Part shown: positions 1 to 12,420 of the stretch, one piece after another
Layout of the letters: each line of letters begins with the position of its first letter
How positions within the stretch are numbered: the stretch's first letter is position 1
Assembly (NCBI RefSeq): GCF_006345805.1
Contig: NC_043011.1
Location: forward strand, 7,564,001 to 7,628,000
Reading direction: 5' to 3'
DNA length: 64,000 nt
From: Octopus sinensis
Lineage: Eukaryota
Translations under genes and position numbers: made by a program
Notes under the pieces: model-generated
The model's database searches: none
What the model was told of the DNA's origin: nothing
Seen by the model: only the letters and a program-made list of their open reading frames with translations

Positions 1-1480
1 TTTGACTGGTTTAGAGGCGAAACCTCGCTGCACCCATTAGCAACCTCATTCAAATTATTGAGCCTCCCTCCGGGCAGGAAATGAGTCACAGCTCGCAAGA
101 AATGGTAATCTAATGGTCTAACGTTTCGACTGAGAGGCAGGGAGAGGCAACACTTCCAGACTTCTTCCAGACCCTCAAATTCCTCGATTTTATGCTCAAG
201 TCCCATTGGTAGTGTGTACTGGGGTGTTGTTATTCTGTAAGAGTGCGTGCCTTCGATTCACCGATGCCGGGCAGCGGACTTTCAATGCATCGTCGCTGCC
301 GCCGTTAAGCATACAGGTTCGAGTTCACAGTATGACCATCGGGAACAAGCTCGAAGGGAAATAACTTTCGAAATTCCAGCAAAACACACAACATGACCTT
401 CTGTTCAATCTGCTCTTGTTTGACAGAAGCTTGGCCGGAACGAAGCACCTGATTTCTCTCGCTAGGATTACAAAAATAGATCTATTTTCCACCCACCCCA
501 TTACAATTAGACACCAAAGAAATGGGTATCTTGTGGATTTGCCAGTTCTTTGCCAATGTTTATACGTAGTTGAACCTGGTCATTGGTCAGTTTAAGAGGA
601 GCTTCTTGATAGGGTCGAGCGTAAGATGTTGATTGAAGGTGCTTTGTGAAGGAACAAACTCTGCCGACAATGTGCGAGTGCTTGTGCATGGCTGTTGTTC
701 ACCTTACACCACAGGTTTCTCAGACCTTCGTCCATCAACAAACCTGATGTTATCTTCCTTCAAACATTTGAACCAGTTTTGTGTCACACATTCGTTGATA
801 GTTCTTGGACCTTCCTCATCATTAACCCTTCGTGGGTTGGTGGGGTCTCAAAGGACCCCAGCTAATTTTAAAATTCATGCAAATTTTACATTTTTTATCT
901 AAATGATTTTATATCTCATCCCTTTTACTGTCAACAGTTTATGAATGCACACACAAATTTCCATTCATATGGATGTTATAGCATAAAATAGGGTCATTGG
1001 AGTCCAACTGGACCCTATTGGCCCTCTGTGAAATTATATTTTCCTATTCTTTTTTTCAGTCAATTTTCTTCGTATTTGTTCTGGTATGAATTGATACACT
1101 AAATAATTCTGTTTTATTTTATATTTCGTGTTGTATGTATAGTTTATAAAACTGTAAAAGATGATGATTTCTTTCAATAAAGGTCTTTTTTGGTCAATAA
1201 ATTATATTGTAATTCCCCTTCATTAAACGCAAATAATTACAAATATATACCAATAAAGTATGAAATTTCTTGTTCTGTATCATGCACCCACACATATATA
1301 CAAGATTAAACAAATCTTTATAGATAGTATGGACATGCACAAAAATAAAAAGGGTGTCCCTCGGGACCCAATAACTTTTTTGTGTAATTCCAACACCACC
1401 GGCCCACGAAGGGTTCATTTGCTTTGCCCACTGCCCTTTTCCCTACAGGTAGCGTACAACGGCTCTAATTACAATTTTTA
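1..1480 (-). mobile_element. Decayed mariner (Tc1/mariner) transposon relic, split by a MITE and running off the left edge
   Basis: Manual minus-strand translation gives mariner-like blocks: KIVIRAVVRYL (N-terminus), INDEEGPRTINECVTQNWFKCLKED (HTH), QKVMLCV..FELVPDGHTVNSNLY, LLQNNNTPVHT (HDNARPH-like) and PLDYHFLRAVTHFLPG. It has many stops and frameshifts. Confidence 0.75.
826..1413. mobile_element. piggyBac-like non-autonomous element (MITE)
   Basis: Terminal inverted repeats CCCTTCGTGGG(TT/CC)GGTGG are flanked by TTAA (822-825) and TTCA (1414-1417). Internal GGGTC..GACCC motifs are present and there is no ORF. Confidence 0.7.
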
Positions 1481-1804
1481 TTTTAAAACTATAAAATAAA
1501 GAATAAATAATTAATTTTTCCACGTAATTATATATATAAATTAAAGAATAAATAATTCAACAACGATTGGACAATAACTTGTCCAATCAGATTAATAATA
1601 TAACATGGAGATACAAGTTGCCAAAAACATCAGAGAAACTTCGTGAAAACATTTAACTCAAGGTGGTACATACACACATACACACACGCACACACACAAA
1701 GGTAAAAAGAGGTGTATATAAATGCACGCGTACATACATACATACATACATACATACAGACAGACACATACACACGTGTATGTGTGTGTGAGTGTGTGCG
1801 TGTA

Positions 1805-2010
1805 TGTCTCTTTCAGTTCGTCCTTACACCGTTTGATAACTGGTGCTGGTTTGTTTATGTCCCTGTTACTTAGCAGTTCTGCGAAAGTGACCGACAATAA
1901 GTATCAGACTTGGAAAAAAAACCCCAAAGAAATAAGTCCCGGGGACGATTTGCTTTCCTAAACTCCAGCATGGCCGCAGTCCAATGACCGAAGCAAGTAA
2001 AAAAAAAAGA
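1805..2010 (+). mobile_element. SINE family A, 3' half
   Basis: Reverse-complement match to the tail at 21694-21880 (ctccagcatggccgcagtc..aagtaaaa). Confidence 0.7.
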
Positions 2011-2560
2011 AACATTTGAAAACATTTGGCCTAACAACACTAACATTCCACATTTCTTATCTCTACTCTCCTCGTCACTCCAAAAAAGCCCCAGAAAAAC
2101 AAAATCCACCTAGACTGGATTTGAACTCAAAACGTCAAGATTCGTAAACTAAATAATAAAAAAAACCCGTTCATAAAAAAACCCTTGCCAGCTTTACCTT
2201 CCCCCATCACCTCCCCTGTAATATAGACACTGCATAATGTAAATCTGTTTGCCTTATTGGAATTATGTTCTCTAAACAAACAGTCCAGCACCGTTATTAC
2301 CACATTCAAACCACCACCAACAACAACAACAACAACAACAGTAGCGGCAGCAACAGCGCCCTCTGTATGTCGGCCCACATAAACACAATCAGTGTTACAG
2401 ACGACAGTTAAAATGTCGGTGATGTGGACATGGATTTGTGTGTCTATGTGTTTGTATTTGAATCTTAATTACCAAATACCCGCTGCAGTCTTAATCACCA
2501 GACACCCACCCGCTGCAAATCTTGACACTTGAGTGACTTATTAATAGAATAAATGAAAAT

Positions 2561-2652
<92 letters not shown>

Positions 2653-2919
2653 CCCGGAAAATGCACCCTTCGTTCTGTTTAATAACAGCCTTACAACACT
2701 AGATGTTGTACAACAATACAATCTGTTTGAAACGAGAAAAAAAGGAAAGGGGTGGGTGGGTAGGTGGGTGGGTGGGGGGAAATGACATCTTCCTTTCTCC
2801 CCCTCCCCCACCTCACCCCGCAACAACCAAAATAGAAAATAAAACAACAAAAAAACATGGGTGGTTCTACACATTTAGAATTCTCTTTCGTAGCAGACAT
2901 TCTCGTTGTCGTAGTCATC

Positions 2920-3179
2920 AGCGTCTTTACCACCAACATCATTGCAGCCCTCCTCCTCTTCCTCCTCCTCTTAGTCATCATCATCATCGTCGTCGTCGTC
3001 GTCATCATCATCATCATCAGCATCATCATCGTCATCATCATCGTCGTCATCATCGTCGTCGTCATCATCATCATCATCACCTTCATCATCATCATCATCA
3101 TCTCATCGTCATCATCATCGTCGTCGTCATCATCATCATCATAATCGTCATCATCATCATCGTCGTCGTCATCATCGTT

Positions 3180-3227
<48 letters not shown>

Positions 3228-3339
3228 GTCGTCGTCATCATCATCATCATCATCATCGTCATCATCATCATCGTCGTCGTCGTCGTCATCATCATCATCA
3301 TCATCATCATCATCGTCATCATCATCATCATCGTCGTCG

Positions 3340-3371
<32 letters not shown>

Positions 3372-3450
3372 GTCATCATCATCATCATCGTCGTCGTCAT
3401 CATCATCGTCGTCATCATCTGTAGCATCACCATCATGGTTATCATCATTT
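2920..3450. repeat. Compound (CAT)n/(CGT)n trinucleotide microsatellite
   Basis: Direct reading of the sequence. It is the source of the poly-H/I/M/S ORFs. Confidence 0.95.
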
Positions 3451-3605
3451 CATTATTGATGCCAGACGAGAGCTAAATGACTAACTTTGTTGTTGTTGTT
3501 GCATCTTCCGTTGTTGCTTCTGTTGTTGTTGTTGTTGTTGTTGGGGAAGCAAAGCGTCAGGTAAAATGTTATCTCTGTTTTGAGTTCAAATCTGGTAAAT
3601 ATGTT

Positions 3606-3812
3606 TCTTTATTACCCACAAGGGGCTAAACATAGAAGGGACAAACAAGGACAGACGAAGGGATTAAGTCGATTACATCGACCCCAGTGCGTAACTGGTA
3701 CTTATTTAATCGACCCCTAAAGGATGAAAGGCAAAGTTTACCTCGGCGGAATTTGAACTCAGAACGTAACGGCAGACAAAATACCACTAAGCATTTCGCC
3801 CGGCGTGCTAAC
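3606..3812 (-). mobile_element. SINE family B (tRNA-like head ggcggcgagctggcagaa; body gtcgactttgcctttcatcctttcggggtcgataaa)
   Basis: Near-identical to the copies at 4787, 31388 and 33900. A further partial copy lies at about 3945-4082. Confidence 0.85.
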
Positions 3813-4109
3813 AAGATATATTGTTGAGGCCGATACAGTTGGGCGCACAAGTTTCGTAATCAGCGCACACTGTGTGCTTACAAACTATCGTCAGTCACCT
3901 GAACTAATATAAGAAATAAATAATAATTAGCTGTAATTAATAAATCTTTCTTTCTACTTATAAGCACAAGCCCTGAAATTTGGGGAAAAGGCTTAGGCTA
4001 TTAGATGGACCCCAGTACTCAACTGGTACTTATTTTATCGACCCCTAAAAAGAGGAAAAGTAAAATCGGCCTCGGCATTTTCAGCTCCTTTTGAAAAAGA
4101 AGTGATCAC

Positions 4110-4168
<59 letters not shown>

Positions 4169-4312
4169 TCTCTCTCTTTCTTTCTTTCTTTCTCTCACTC
4201 TGTCTCTTTTTCACGCCCACCCACTCAAAGACATACATACACACTCTCAAACACACACGTACTCAAACATACACGCACTCACACTCAAGTTCACACACAC
4301 ATACACACACAG

Positions 4313-4344
<32 letters not shown>

Positions 4345-4643
4345 TGCGCGCGCGCGCGTGCACGCACAAACATATTCGCTAGCTCCTCCAAGATCATGAA
4401 TTTTACCATCCTTCCAATCCGACGTTATATATAATAGTTACAATAAGCCTTGTTTATATGATTAATACTGTGTTACTATTAATCACCTCAAGTTAATGAA
4501 ACGTACGTAAGATACTGCAACGAAATAGTTTATAACCAGTCCCTTTCGTCTGTTCTTTTGCTTTGTTTGCTCTCTCTCCCTCTCGCTGTATACATAAATT
4601 CATTCATTCATACATACACACATACATACATACATACAAACAT

Positions 4644-4675
<32 letters not shown>

Positions 4676-4677
4676 CA

Positions 4678-4708
<31 letters not shown>

Positions 4709-4786
4709 TTAATATCTACACTTAACAAAAGAGCTACCAATAGTTTCATGCCTTAACGTACATTAAATTGACAGATTTATATATAT

Positions 4787-5015
4787 TTCTTTACTGCCCA
4801 CAAGGGGCTAAACATAGAGGGGACAAACAAGGACAGACAAAGGGATTAAGTTGATTACATCAACCCCAGTGCGTAACTGGTACTTAATTTATCGACCCCG
4901 AAAGGATGAAAGGCAAAGTCGATCTCGGCGGAATTTGAACTCAGAACGTAACGACAGACGAAATACCGCTAAGCATTTCGCCCAGCGCGCTAACGCTTCT
5001 GCCAGCTCGCCGCCC
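4787..5015 (-). mobile_element. SINE family B, near full length
   Basis: Head (gccagctcgccgcc on the plus strand), body and tail all present. Confidence 0.9.
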
Positions 5016-5680
5016 TATATATAACATGCCACATATTGCTAGGATTTCAGGCTTTGTTCATAATGTTATATTTTCAAAATACCAGGACGCTGAACTATGA
5101 GAAAACATGACAAAAGAAAACAAATAAAAATCAGAAAAAAAACAAAGCAAGGAGAAAGATGCGAAGAAGGTTGAGACAAAAAGTGGAACAAATAGAAGGA
5201 AAAGAATAGAAAACCAAAATAATCGTTGCTTTGACAGAAGGGACCATAATTAATGAGGCTGGTGCGGACGAATAGAACAGAAAGGTGACTAAAGTCTATG
5301 AGATGGCTACGCAATCCAGAATGGGTGGGATCTTCCAGTTCGAGGAAAGTGCGTTCTGTAAAAACTCTACGGCCTTGTGTGCCTGCGAGGCACAGAAGGA
5401 GCAGCGTTGCAAGATATGAAGGACGGCAATACTGTCTGAAGATTGAAAGAGAGAAGCAAAAGAATTAAATGCAGAGAGAAACCTCTTTGTTGAGCTTCGT
5501 TAGAAAGCTCCTCACTCGTGGAGGCCGTAAAGGAATTGTGAAAAACTGTCGAAAAAGCTCTGACTTTGCTTTCAGTCATTGGGTTAAGGGTTATATACTA
5601 GGAAAACCGCATTGAAAGGGGTCGGGTTAGTCGATTAAATCAACTCCAGTACTTACGTTTTGTTTTGAAATTTGGTATTT

Positions 5681-5765
5681 ATTCCGAGTTCGATTCCAGG
5701 CAGTGACCCGAATAATAAAAATAGTAATAATAATAATAATAAAAATAATAATAATAATGATAATT

Positions 5766-5817
<52 letters not shown>

Positions 5818-5858
5818 TGATAATTATAATGATAATGATAATAATGATGATGATAATA

Positions 5859-5899
<41 letters not shown>

Positions 5900-6052
5900 A
5901 ACATCGAAAAATACCTTAGGAATGAGAACCCAGGTTCGAAATTTCTCCAAGACACCTGATGAAAGCTGGAGGGTATATCAGCCGAAATGTTGTGTTAACA
6001 ACAAACAAGATGAGGACAAATATCCATCAAATGTATATAATGTAAATAATGT
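5681..6052 (+). mobile_element. SINE family E (5'-truncated tRNA-like head, (AAT/GAT)n spacer, hammerhead-like tail)
   Basis: B-box gagttcgattcc plus aggcagtgac matches the head at 43565-43640. The 150-bp tail matches 46622-46777. Confidence 0.7.
5951..5996 (+). ncRNA. Minimal type I hammerhead-ribozyme-like motif
   Basis: GACAC-CTGATGA-A-AGCTG-loop-CAGCC-GAAA-TG-TT-GTGTT. Stems I and II pair by eye; activity is untested. Confidence 0.5.
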
Positions 6053-6265
6053 TTTAACGGTTTGTTTTACCAAACCATTATATGATGAGGATCTAAGCAA
6101 ACCAACGCTACTTATCAAGTGGTGATGGTGGGGTGTGACAAACGTAGACACAAAAGCACACGCACACACATACATACATACACACATACGTACATACATA
6201 CATACATACATACATACATACATACATGAATTACATAAACATATATAGGTAGTATGTATATATAT

Positions 6266-6568
6266 GTGAAGGCGTATGGCTCAGTGCTTAAGGTGTTGCA
6301 CTCACGATTGAGAGATCGTGGGTTCGATTCCCAGACTAGGTGCTGCGTTGTGTCCTTGAGCAAAACACTTCATTTCATGTTGTTTTGCGATCATTTCGAC
6401 ATCTGACATGTGGCACCCAGTTACACCTGTACAGGTAATGTCGATTTGATGGAGGGAGTGAGCTTATGTCTAACCCAAACATTTGATCACTATAAACAAA
6501 TCATCTGTGTGGTTGATCGGTAAGAAATTGTCGAACCCGCATACGTCATCTAACGACGCGAGAGTTCA

Positions 6569-6570
<2 letters not shown>
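6266..6570 (+). mobile_element. SINE family D (tRNA-like head, CORE-like gtccttgagcaaaacac), variant tail
   Basis: A-box tggctcagtg and B-box gggttcgattcc. The head is shared with 37586, 38536-38849 and 54229. Confidence 0.7.
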
Positions 6571-6635
<65 letters not shown>

Positions 6636-6692
6636 CATACATACATACATACATACATACATACACATACATACATACATACATACATACAT

Positions 6693-7250
6693 GGTGGCTG
6701 CCCCCTCGTTATCGAGTAGGGTCATTGCACGAAACTTAATCAATGTTGTTATCGTGCAATGCCTGTTCAAGAAGATTTTTTTAAAGTGGAGAAAGGCTGT
6801 GCACTGAGTCAATCCCACTCACTAAGCAACAGCAGCCATAATCCGAAAAGAAGAACAAGTCAACATCATTGGTAACCACTGAACCGCAGGTTTTATGTCG
6901 GAGTTATCCCAGTTACCTGAGTTACCTTCTCCTAGAAGGATGCCCTGACAAAGACTGGGAGTCCTTCACTCCCAAAGGTTTAACCGCGCGATCGGGTATT
7001 CTGTCCGATTATTTCTATGTCTCCACGCATGATACAGCCTTGAGGCATTTATTGGATGGCCGTTGACTCTCAAGAGTTCCTCCGCCCTTTGACGGGTTTA
7101 GTTTTTCATCCCGCAAGGTGTCCGATAAACACCCTCCTCACCAAGCAAGCTTGGTGGGGTTGCCGGTTTAGTCGCCGACGACCCGACCATGCAACAGGTT
7201 GTACTGGGTTACATGTTACCAGTAGCACTCGAATGTGACCTGACACTAAC
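6693..7250 (-). mobile_element. Non-autonomous RTE derivative (RTE 5' UTR-like part joined to an RTE 3' end)
   Basis: The terminal ~43 bp match the 3' end of the RTE at 17619-17661. The other end matches 63800-64000. (TACA)n flanks both sides. Confidence 0.7.
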
Positions 7251-7486
7251 ATACATACATACATACATAACATACATACATACATACATAACATACATAC
7301 ATGCATACGTACATACATACATATATGTGTGTGTGTATTGAATTGACTATTTACTGCACGTTCACACGGAATCCCCGTCTTTCCGACTATTTTGGAGTAC
7401 CTGATTCATGGGACTCTCTCAGCCATTGGCTTACATCACCTTATGCATTCGGGGTACGCCATTTCTGCACCTCATGTGTATGCATG

Positions 7487-7565
<79 letters not shown>

Positions 7566-7631
7566 TGTATGTACTACTCTCACACACATGACATTAACAT
7601 AAAAATGGAGAACTATACATCTACACACTTT

Positions 7632-7709
<78 letters not shown>

Positions 7710-7727
7710 CATTATTATTATTATTAT

Positions 7728-8120
7728 TGCGTGAGAGAGCAGTACATGCTATCAAAGTGATAGTGCGGTAAAATATACGAAGCCTGATATACCCATCATG
7801 ACTACCCGTCTAATAAGGGTACACTGTGCACTTGCATCACATCCATATGTGCGCGACATGGTGATATCATAGCAAGATGAAAAGCGCTTGACCTTGCATG
7901 TGGGACCCATTAAAAATTTTCCTCAGATCGAGTAGGCCATCTTGCCCAAAAGGTACCTGAATAAGGTTTATTTAAGGATAATGAATGAAACACCCATGTT
8001 TCCAGAGGTGAATTATTCAAACCGTAAAGAATTCTTCTCAGCACATGGCTATGATGCTGACCCACTAACTCTGTCCGTGAACAGAGATACACATATCGTC
8101 AGCCACCAAGAGACATGTTC
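7728..8120 (-). mobile_element. Retro-element family F with (AAT)n tail
   Basis: 7728-7960 is the reverse complement of 46244-46476. Both copies end in ctctctcac(g/t)caataataat. Confidence 0.6.
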
Positions 8121-8229
8121 AACCGGTTAAAGTTGGTAGACGGACAAATCGTTGACAGACAGTTGGCCGTCAGAGAACTTTCAGATACTTCATGATCAAT
8201 ACTTCCGCATGTCGACTTATTATTCAATC

Positions 8230-8715
8230 AGCCAATTGCCCCATCAGCGAATTGTCTGTCGGCGGACTGTCTGTCGATGAATTGTCTTTCGGCGAATTGT
8301 CTGTCGACGAATTGTCTGTCGGCGAATTGTCTGTCGCCGACTTGTCTGTAGGCAAATTGCTCAATCTGCGAATTGTCTTTCGGCGAATTGTCTGTCGACG
8401 AATTGTCTGTCGGCGAATTGTCTGTCGCCGACTTGTCTGTAGGCAAATTGCCCAATCTGCGAATTGTCTTTCGGCGAATTGTCTGTCGATGAATTGTCTG
8501 TCGGCGAATTGTCTGTAGCCGACTTGTCTGTAGGCAAATTGCCCAATCTGCGAATTGTCTTTCGGCGAATTGTCTGTCGATGAATTGTCTGTCGGCGAAT
8601 TGTCTGTAGCCGACTTGTCTGTAGGCAAATTGCCCAATCTGCGAATTGTCTTTCGGCGAATTGTCTGTAGGAAAATTGCCCAATCTGCAAATTGTCTTTT
8701 GGCGAATTGTCTGCA
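8230..8715. repeat. Higher-order minisatellite: 91-bp unit made of five 15-mers (gaattgtctgtcggc) plus a 16-mer
   Basis: Units start at 8279, 8370, 8461, 8552 and 8643, an exact 91-bp spacing. Confidence 0.95.
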
Positions 8716-8841
8716 CACGTTAAGGTCAAACAACTGATAAGCAAATCTGTGGTATTGAGCAAAATATTTGCTGGAGCTCGTCTTTTATACCAAGACAAAA
8801 CATGTACATGATAGCACTTCCATGAGAGCCACTACCTGGTA

Positions 8842-8950
<109 letters not shown>

Positions 8951-9236
8951 ATTATTATTATTATTGTCTTTTATACAGTATATTCTCTTTAACCGGACGG
9001 AGGATTAAAGAGAGCATGCTGTATAATAGACTGTAATTCTGACTGAATTTGGATCGGTCGAATCATCTGGCACTGTCCTTTTTCTTGAGGAGTTCTAATT
9101 GTTAATTCTTACCTATACTCACCTGATGAATACGTTTTTGTTGTTGCTTGATGCAGCACTTCTGTTCATCAGTATAAACATGTTTGAAACAGCTGTAGTG
9201 AATCGCATTCCATCTGTCGTTATCTATCTATCTATA

Positions 9237-9294
<58 letters not shown>

Positions 9295-9382
9295 CATACA
9301 TGCATATAGAACATACACACACAGACATATATGCACACACATGCACACGCATATATATGTACATACATGCATATGTATGTAC

Positions 9383-9413
<31 letters not shown>

Positions 9414-9631
9414 TGTATGTATGTATGCATGCATGCATGCATGTATGTATGTATGTGTATGTATGTGTATGTATGTATGTATGTATGTATGTATGTATGT
9501 ATGTGTGAATGTATATATTATGGCCAGTATGTCTGATGATCGCCAATTCCTATGAATAATGGCAGACACGAAACCAATGGTAGCCTTCTGACCGGTAATG
9601 ACCAGTGGCAATATTATATGTATTCTTTTGT

Positions 9632-10014
9632 TCTTTTACAATGTCCAGTCATTTGACTGCAGCCATGCTGGAGCACCACCTAGAAGGGTTTTAGTTGAAC
9701 AAAAGGACTCCAGGGCTTATTTCTTTTAAAGCATAGTACTTATTCTATCATTTTATTTAAGCGAACCGCTAGGTTACGGGGACGTAGACACCGCAACGCC
9801 AGTTGTCAAGCAGTGATGTGGGGCTAGGTGATAAGCATAAACACAGACACACGTACACACACGCATATATACGAAGGGCTTCTTTCAGTTTCCAGGCTTT
9901 GGTCAGCCCGAGGCTATAGTAGAAGACATTTACCCAAGGTTCCACGCAGTGGGACTGAACTCGGAACCATGTGATTGGGAAGCAAGCTTCTTACCATAAA
10001 GCTATTCTTGCACC
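9632..10014 (-). mobile_element. SINE family A, near full length
   Basis: Tail, short internal CA/TA tract and tRNA-like head, as in 21694-22156. Confidence 0.8.
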
Positions 10015-10102
<88 letters not shown>

Positions 10103-11236
10103 ATATATATGTATACACACACACACACACACGCACACACACACACACACACAACACACACACACACATAAATGAAAGTGCATATATGCGCGTACGCATG
10201 CACACACATTCACTCCCACCACCACGACCATCACCCACGCAGAAATGGAATTGTATTTCGGCTGCAGTTGAACTCATAAGGTGGAACGATACTATAGAAA
10301 ATACGGTAAACCCATTTGTCGTTGCACCGTTTCTGGGGAGGTCTAAGCACCACACCTCACACCTCACGCCGCACTCAGCTTCACCGACCACACCTACAAT
10401 CGACCTGTGTTTGGAGTCTTCATGAGTTCTAATTAATAACAGAAACAGGGCTACTAAAAAAAAAAGAAATAGGTGGAGGGGGGCGTTTTCACCAGCCCCC
10501 TATAGATGTATATATATATATATTATGTTTTTTTATTGCAACATCTATTACAACCCGCAACATGCTTTAGATATGATATTGGTCAATGAACACCACTGTC
10601 GCCGCAGCCACCACCACCACCACCACCACAACCACCTCACCTCCACCACCACCACCACCGCCGCCGCGCCACCATCACCACCACCATCCCCACCACCACC
10701 GCCGCCACCGCCGCTGCCCCCCCCCATCACCACCACCATATCCGCTGCCGTCACCGCAGTTGGTTCCCATGCCGAGCAGGTTCCTGGTCCAAATTGCATT
10801 TGGGTGCAATGCTGCTGATGATGATGATGCGGATGATCATCATCAACTCCGTCTCTGCACAATGTGACTCGCTTATGTGAATTGTATTGAGCACTCTATG
10901 TCCTATACAGAATGTGTTGCGTTCGACTGTCTGCTAACTGATGAGGGTTTGGCGAACTTTCCTATCAGTTTTCTGGTTGTTTGTGCATTTATTATACATT
11001 TAAAAACTTATATTTAATATTATACATACACGCACGAGCGCGCACACACGCACATTAGCATATATGTATGTCTTACTCAATCAATCAATCAATCAATCGA
11101 TCAGTCAATCTCTCTCTTTCTCTCTTTCTCTCTATCTATCTGTCTATGTATGTACGTATGTGTCTGCCTGTCTTTTGTCTGCCTCTCTCTCTCTCTCTGT
11201 CTCTCTTTCTACCTACCTATCCGTCTATCTGTCTGC

Positions 11237-11339
<103 letters not shown>

Positions 11340-11599
11340 CCTATCTCTGTATTTGTTAATTTTTTATGTGTGTCTGTATGGAAAGGTAAATATTCAAATG
11401 TGTTTCTCCTTCCATTATTTTCATGATTAAATATTATTTTTACAAATAACTACCACCATTGGGAATATTTTATTTTATCGTTTCTGTTGCGGGTCAAGCC
11501 CCATGAATTTTGCAGGTCCTCACAGACTGGCAAGATTATTATTACTATTATTATTATTATTATTATATTATTATTATTATTATTATATTATCATTATTA

Positions 11600-11659
<60 letters not shown>

Positions 11660-12138
11660 AATAATAAAACTCGATAGCTCACTCATAGAAAAATCATAAT
11701 GATTGTTATTAAAGAAAAAATAAATTACATATATCTAACATCCCCCTTTTTTTTTATTATGTCTTCAGCGTGACAGAGGTATAGGGGCTAGTTTGTGTGT
11801 GGGGTACCTCAAATCACCTTCTGTGGTTGTCCCCCTTCCGGCCACCCATTCTCCTTTTGTTGTTGCTTTGCTGTTTCTATGATATGGTTTGCTATCTAGT
11901 TTATTTGTTTATATATTTATTCATGTGTCTATATTTTGATTTCTAGGTCTCACCCCCTTTTTTCACTTTCTCAAAAAATTCTCCCCCCACCCCCGCCATT
12001 TTGCTATCCCGCATCAGTTTTGTTTTGTTGTTGTTGTTGTTCATTTCATTCGTGTTTTTTTCTTCTTCTTCTTCTTGTGCACTCCCCTATGTCTTCAGGA
12101 GGCCCCTTGTGGCCAATAAAAGAAATTATTATCATTAG

Positions 12139-12340
12139 GTGGCGAGCTGGCAGAATCATTAGCAAATCGAACAAAATGCATTTCTTCGGGCTCTTTACGT
12201 TCTAAGTTCAAGTTCTGCCGAAGTCGATTTCACTTTTCATCTTTTCGAGGTCGATAAAATAAGCACCGTTTCTATACTGGTACTCATGTAACCGACTAGC
12301 TCCTACCCCAAATTTCAGGCTTTGATCCCATAGTAGAATG

Positions 12341-12345
<5 letters not shown>
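12139..12345 (+). mobile_element. SINE family B followed by (CTT)n
   Basis: Head ggtggcgagctggcagaatc, diverged body, ccccaaatttcaggc tail. Confidence 0.75.
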
Positions 12346-12371
<26 letters not shown>

Positions 12372-12389
12372 CTTCTTCTTCTTCTTCTT

Positions 12390-12420
<31 letters not shown>

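Noticed and set aside
2691-3476. Long poly-H/I/M/S ORFs (likewise 30561-31134, 39577-40254, 41301-41724 and most supplied ORFs)
   Set aside because: They are translations of microsatellites that lack stop codons. There are no splice signals or non-repetitive protein content.
8192-8798. Overlapping 100-170-aa ORFs and a CRISPR-like look of the array
   Set aside because: The 91-bp tandem array explains them. Units abut with no unique spacers, the context is eukaryotic and no cas genes are present.
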